Shown in pieces: positions 7,125 to 11,259 of a DNA stretch of 11,259 nt. This DNA comes from a bacterium (GTDB lineage Bacteria; Krumholzibacteriota; Krumholzibacteriia; G020349025). Location: assembly GCA_031362565.1 (NCBI GenBank), contig JANLSU010000012.1, forward strand, positions 1 through 11,259, written 5' to 3'. Below the pieces are notes generated by a model. It was not told the origin of the DNA, searched no databases, and saw only the letters and a list, made by a program, of their open reading frames with translations. Numbering within the stretch: the first letter of the stretch is position 1; the number at the start of each line of letters is the position of its first letter. The translations under genes and the position numbers were made by a program.

Positions 7125-9089
7125 ATGGGCAAGGTCATCGGCATCGATCTCGGCACGACGAACTCGTGCGTCGCCGTCATGGAAGGCGGTGCGCCAGTCG
7201 TTATTCCGAACCCGGAAGGCGCTCGCACGACGCCGTCGATCGTCGGCTTTTCGAAGACCGGCGAACGCCTCGTCGGCTTGGTCGCCAAGCGCCAGGCGGT
7301 CACCAACCCCGAGAACACCGTGTACTCGGTGAAGCGCTTGATGGGCAAGAAGCTGAGTGATGTGAGCGCCTACATCAATCGCTTCCCGTACAAGGTCGTA
7401 GCCGGTGAGAACGGCGACGCCGCGGTCGAGATTCGTGGCGAGAAGTTTTCGCCGCAGCAGATCTCGGCCTTCATCCTGCAGTCGATGAAGAACGCCGCCG
7501 AAGCCTATTTGGGCGAGAAGGTGACGGAAGCCGTCGTCACGGTGCCGGCGTATTTCAACGACGCACAGCGCCAAGCCACCAAGGACGCGGGCCGCGTCGC
7601 CGGGCTCGATGTGAAGCGCATCGTCAACGAACCGACGGCCGCCGCACTCGCCTATGGACTCGACAAGGAAAACGCCCACACGATCGCCGTCTATGACTTG
7701 GGCGGCGGTACGTTCGACATCTCGGTGCTCGAACTGGCGGACGGCGTGTTCCAGGTCAAGTCCACGAACGGCGATACGATGCTGGGCGGCGACGACTTCG
7801 ATACCAAAGTGATCGAGTTTATTGCCGACGAGTTCCGCAAGGAGCACGGCATCGATTTGCGCCAGGACAAGATGGCGCTGCAGCGTCTCAAGGAAGCGGC
7901 CGAGAAGGCCAAGATGGAATTGTCGACGGTGCTGGAAACCAACGTCAGCCTGCCGTTCATCACGGCCGACGCGGCGGGTGCCAAACACCTCGATCTGACG
8001 ATCACGCGGGCAAAATTGGAGCAACTGACGCGCGACCTGGTCGACCGCACCGTCGAACCGTGCCGGCGCGCCATGGCCGACGCCAAGCTCGACGTGAAGC
8101 AGATCGACGAAGTCATCCTGGTGGGCGGCGCGACGCGCATGCCGGCCGTGCAGGAGATGGTGAAGAAGTTCTTCGGTAGGGATCCGCACAAGGGTGTGAA
8201 CCCGGACGAGGTCGTGGCCATGGGTGCCGCGATCCAGGCCGGTGTGTTGACCGGCGACGTCAAGGACGTCCTACTCCTGGACGTGACGCCGCTATCGCTC
8301 GGCATCGAGACGCTGGGCGGCGTGATGACCAAGCTCATCACCCGGAACACCACGATCCCGACCCGCAAGGTCGACACGTTCTCGACCGCGACCGACAACC
8401 AGCCGGCCGTGAGCGTCCACGTGTTGCAGGGCGAGCGCGAGATGGCGGGCGACAATCGCACCCTCGGTAAGTTCGACCTGGCCGATATTCCGCCGGCGCC
8501 GCGTGGCGTGCCGCGCATCGAAGTCGCCTTCGACATCGACGCCAACGGCATCGTGCACGTGTCGGCGAAGGACTTGGGTACGGGTAAGGAACAGAAGATC
8601 GTCATTCAGAATACCGGCGGCCTGAGTGATGCCGAGATCCAGCGCATGGTGAAGGATGCCGAAGCGAATGCGGATGCCGATCGCAAGCGCAAGGAACTCA
8701 TCGAAGCGCGCAACCGTGCCGACGCCATGATCTACGAGGCCGAGAAGTCGTTGCGCGAGCACGGCGACAAGGTCTCGGCGGATGTGCGGCGCGACATCGA
8801 AACCGCGATCGAAGATGCGAAGCGGACGCGTGAAGGCGAGGATCCGGCGGCGATCCAGACCGCCATGGACAAGCTGACGACGGCTGCCGGCAAGCTTGGC
8901 GAAGAGATCTACAAGGCGTCGGCGGCAGCGGCGGGTGGCGCGGGCGGCGCGGGGATGGGTGCGGACGGCGGTGGCGGTGCGGGTGGCGGGCCCGGAGGCC
9001 CGGGCCACGGTCACGGCGGCGGCGCCGGCGAGCCGGGCACGGTCGACGCTGAGTACGAAGTCGTGGACGAGGACAAAGACAAGAAGTAA
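7125..9089 (+). CDS. dnaK: Chaperone DnaK (Hsp70), 654 aa
   Basis: [70 protein letters not shown] and C-terminal [17 protein letters not shown] at 7112-7118. Confidence 0.99.
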   Translation: MGKVIGIDLGTTNSCVAVMEGGAPVVIPNPEGARTTPSIVGFSKTGERLVGLVAKRQAVTNPENTVYSVKRLMGKKLSDVSAYINRFPYKVVAGENGDAAVEIRGEKFSPQQISAFILQSMKNAAEAYLGEKVTEAVVTVPAYFNDAQRQATKDAGRVAGLDVKRIVNEPTAAALAYGLDKENAHTIAVYDLGGGTFDISVLELADGVFQVKSTNGDTMLGGDDFDTKVIEFIADEFRKEHGIDLRQDKMALQRLKEAAEKAKMELSTVLETNVSLPFITADAAGAKHLDLTITRAKLEQLTRDLVDRTVEPCRRAMADAKLDVKQIDEVILVGGATRMPAVQEMVKKFFGRDPHKGVNPDEVVAMGAAIQAGVLTGDVKDVLLLDVTPLSLGIETLGGVMTKLITRNTTIPTRKVDTFSTATDNQPAVSVHVLQGEREMAGDNRTLGKFDLADIPPAPRGVPRIEVAFDIDANGIVHVSAKDLGTGKEQKIVIQNTGGLSDAEIQRMVKDAEANADADRKRKELIEARNRADAMIYEAEKSLREHGDKVSADVRRDIETAIEDAKRTREGEDPAAIQTAMDKLTTAAGKLGEEIYKASAAAAGGAGGAGMGADGGGGAGGGPGGPGHGHGGGAGEPGTVDAEYEVVDEDKDKK

Positions 9090-9129
9090 CGCTCGCGCGC
9101 CGTCGACGGCGCGTGGTACATGCCAGTCG

Positions 9130-9160
9130 ACGAGCGGCGGCCAAGCGGGCCGCCGTTCGT
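9130..9160 (+). terminator. Strong stem-loop between dnaK and dnaJ (partial terminator or mRNA stabiliser)
   Basis: 13-bp stem ACGAGCGGCGGCC/GGCCGCCGTTCGT (one G-U) with loop AAGCG. There is no real U tract, so termination is uncertain. Confidence 0.45.
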
Positions 9161-9215
9161 GTTCCGGACGGACGCGAACGCGGACGCGGTCGGACAATCG
9201 GTGGAGGAGCGGCGG

Positions 9216-10349
9216 ATGGCCAAGGATTACTACGTGGCGCTCGAGGTCGAACGCGACGCGTCGGTGGACGACATCAAGAAGGCATACCGCAAGCTGGCCC
9301 TGCAGTACCACCCGGACCGCAATCCCGGTGACAAATCGGCGGAAGACCGCTTCAAGACCGTGACCGAAGCGTACGAAGTGCTCGCCGATCCCGAGAAGCG
9401 CCGCATGTACGATCAATTCGGTTCCGAGGGCTTGCGCCAGCAAGCCGGTGGTGGCGGCGGCTTCGAAGACATGCACAACCCGTTTTCGGTGTTCGAACGC
9501 GTCATGCGTGAATTCGGCATGGGCGGCTTCGAAGGGTTTGGCGGCGGCGGCGGCGGGCGGTCGGGCGGGCGCGATGTCGGTTCGAACTTGCAGATTCGCT
9601 TGAGCCTGACGCTCTCCGAGATCGCGTCCGGTGCCACGAAAACGCTCCGCATCCGGCGCAAGGTGGCATGCACGGTCTGCAGCGGCAGCGGTGCCAAGGC
9701 CGGTAGCGCGGCCGAAACCTGCCGCGAGTGCCAAGGCCGCGGCCAAGTGCAACGCGTCGTACAGTCCTTCTTGGGCCGCATGATGACGGTCGTCGAATGC
9801 GCCGCCTGCCACGGCGAGGGCCGCGTCGTCCGCGACCGGTGCGCGGACTGCCGCGGCGAGGGTGTGAAGCAAAACGAAGAGACCGTGAAGGTAGGCGTGC
9901 CGGCGGGAGTCGCGACCGGGCACTACGTGAAGATGCGTGGTCTGGGTGATGCCGGGCGGCGCGGCGGCCCGACCGGCGATTTGCTGGTGCTCATCGAGGA
10001 AGAGGAAGACGAACTCTTTCAGCGCGTTGGCGACGACATCATTACCGATGTGTTCGTGACGCAAGGCGATGCGGCGCTCGGCGCCAAGATTGAAGTGCCG
10101 ACCTTGGGCGGCAAGTCGGCGCTCAAGATTCCGCCGGCGACGCAGAGCCACAGTATTTTGCGCATGCGCGGCAAAGGCCTCGGGCGCTTGAATGGCGGCG
10201 GCCACGGCGACCAATTGGTGCGCGTCATCGTGCACACGCCGGAAACGCCGTCGGGGCGCGAGAAGGAGCTGCTGGAGGAACTGCGGAGGTTGCAGGAGGC
10301 GAAGCTGCCGGCGCCGCGCAAGGGGCAGTATGGGTTGGCGGAGGAATAG
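9216..10349 (+). CDS. dnaJ: Chaperone DnaJ, class A (377 aa)
   Basis: ATG 9216 with SD GGAGGA at 9203-9208. J domain with HPD, G/F-rich region, four CxxCxGxG repeats ([32 protein letters not shown]) and the C-terminal domain. Confidence 0.98.
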   Translation: MAKDYYVALEVERDASVDDIKKAYRKLALQYHPDRNPGDKSAEDRFKTVTEAYEVLADPEKRRMYDQFGSEGLRQQAGGGGGFEDMHNPFSVFERVMREFGMGGFEGFGGGGGGRSGGRDVGSNLQIRLSLTLSEIASGATKTLRIRRKVACTVCSGSGAKAGSAAETCRECQGRGQVQRVVQSFLGRMMTVVECAACHGEGRVVRDRCADCRGEGVKQNEETVKVGVPAGVATGHYVKMRGLGDAGRRGGPTGDLLVLIEEEEDELFQRVGDDIITDVFVTQGDAALGAKIEVPTLGGKSALKIPPATQSHSILRMRGKGLGRLNGGGHGDQLVRVIVHTPETPSGREKELLEELRRLQEAKLPAPRKGQYGLAEE

Positions 10350-10364
10350 GCTGTTGCCGCGGCG

Positions 10365-11259
10365 TCAGGGGTACGGCAAGCCCTTCAAGCGATACAGCGT
10401 CAGTGGATACGACGTGCCTTCGATCTGCACCGGATAGACCTGCGGTTCGTACAATTCATGGAACTTTGGATTCACGTACAGATCTTCGTCGCTCGGGAAA
10501 CCGGGCGTCAGTGCGCCGATGCTGGCGGCGAACAGAATGAGATCCGGGCGGCGCGAGAGAACATAATCGCCGTCATGTTTCTCGTGCCCCATCAAGCCGC
10601 GCCCGAGGTGCTCGATCTTGCGGTGCGCGATGTGCGCGTCGCAGAGTCCCAGCATGTCGATCGTGCGGAGGCCGGAGTAGTAGGGCACGGTCCCGGCGGT
10701 GTTGGTCGCGAGGACTGCATCCGGCGGCACGTGCTGGGCAAGCCACATTCCGACCGCCATGCCGGACTTCGACACCGGATCGCGGTGAATGCGCTCGTTG
10801 ATATCCGGATCGAAGTGGGTCACGGCGATACCGTAGACGGCGGCGGCGAGCGCGAACGGCACGGCATGCCGGCGCAGGCCTTCCAACCGCTGCACGGAGA
10901 GCGCGGCCATCAAGCAGAGAAGCGGCAGAATTGGTGCGAAGAACCGGAACGCCGGCATGCTGTCGCCGCCGACCAGGATCACGTACAACAGGTACACGCC
11001 GCACACGACCGGCAGGACCGCACGGTTGGAGACGCCGCGCGCCCAATGCCCTTTGACGAGCGCGACGACCGTCGGAACGAGCAGCAGCAACGCCGGGATC
11101 AGGAAACGCAGGGCATATACGGCGCCGTTTTCGATCTGCTGCGCCGTCCCGCCCACCTTCGCGTAGAAGGTGTTTGGCAGCGGATAGCCGTAGTACCAGA
11201 GCCGCCAGAGGAAGTGCGGTAACGCGATCGCGGTGAATGCGGCGAGTGCGGCACTCGTT
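10365..11259 (-). CDS. Polytopic membrane GT-C glycosyltransferase, AftB/GT89 arabinofuranosyltransferase-like; 5' part lies outside the window
   Basis: The frame stays open to the window edge beyond the ORF-track GTG at 11156 and reads ...PHFLWRLWYYGYPLPNTFYAKVGG... It also has several TM helices, VGGDSMPAFRFFAP and IDMLGLCDAHIAH...GHEK, which resemble AftB-family motifs as I recall them (YYGxxxPxTxxAK, GGDxM, DxxGL, GHxK). Confidence 0.7.
   Translation of the reverse strand, partial: TSAALAAFTAIALPHFLWRLWYYGYPLPNTFYAKVGGTAQQIENGAVYALRFLIPALLLLVPTVVALVKGHWARGVSNRAVLPVVCGVYLLYVILVGGDSMPAFRFFAPILPLLCLMAALSVQRLEGLRRHAVPFALAAAVYGIAVTHFDPDINERIHRDPVSKSGMAVGMWLAQHVPPDAVLATNTAGTVPYYSGLRTIDMLGLCDAHIAHRKIEHLGRGLMGHEKHDGDYVLSRRPDLILFAASIGALTPGFPSDEDLYVNPKFHELYEPQVYPVQIEGTSYPLTLYRLKGLPYP

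Noticed and set aside
6348..8189. 613-aa minus-strand ORF opposite grpE and dnaK
   Set aside because: It is the codon-registered antisense shadow of dnaK, the well-known ORF often misannotated as NAD-specific glutamate dehydrogenase. It stays open because sense codons TTA, CTA and TCA are rare in GC-rich genes, and it ends at a CTA codon in dnaK's frame register or similar rare codons.
8292..10235. 647-aa minus-strand ORF opposite dnaK and dnaJ
   Set aside because: Same antisense-shadow effect, with no recognisable motifs.
193..11222. Remaining overlapping ORFs in the six-frame track (for example 826..1749-, 1157..1975-, 2927..4078-, 4003..4980-, 10458..11222+)
   Set aside because: All overlap well-supported genes, have GC-driven Arg/Ala/Pro-rich or antisense-type composition, and show no family motifs.
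11243..11257. Inverted repeat CGAGTGC-G-GCACTCG containing CIRCE-like half sites
   Set aside because: The arms are in reversed order with a 1-nt spacer, inside a coding region at the window edge.

Overview
GC-rich bacterial chromosomal window (about two-thirds G+C by eye) made up mostly of housekeeping genes. Plus strand: ridA-family deaminase, a selenocysteine tRNA (selC, anticodon UCA) that the ORF track cannot show, a DUF5683-like exported/membrane protein, then lepA, lepB, hemW, a sigma70 promoter with a CIRCE operator, hrcA, grpE, dnaK and dnaJ. Convergent on dnaJ is the 3' part of an AftB/GT89-like membrane glycosyltransferase gene that runs off the right edge. I see no integrase, transposase, CRISPR array or defence system, and I cannot support a new multi-gene system here. 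The points most worth a second look are the stand-alone selC beside ridA, a hairpin+T8 tract inside the 5' end of the DUF5683-like gene, SD-sequestering or bistable RNA structures in the hrcA, dnaK and dnaJ leaders, a Bacillus-like gene order in an apparently diderm genome, and the AftB-like transferase. All RNA folds were done by eye and all family calls come from recalled motifs, not database searches.
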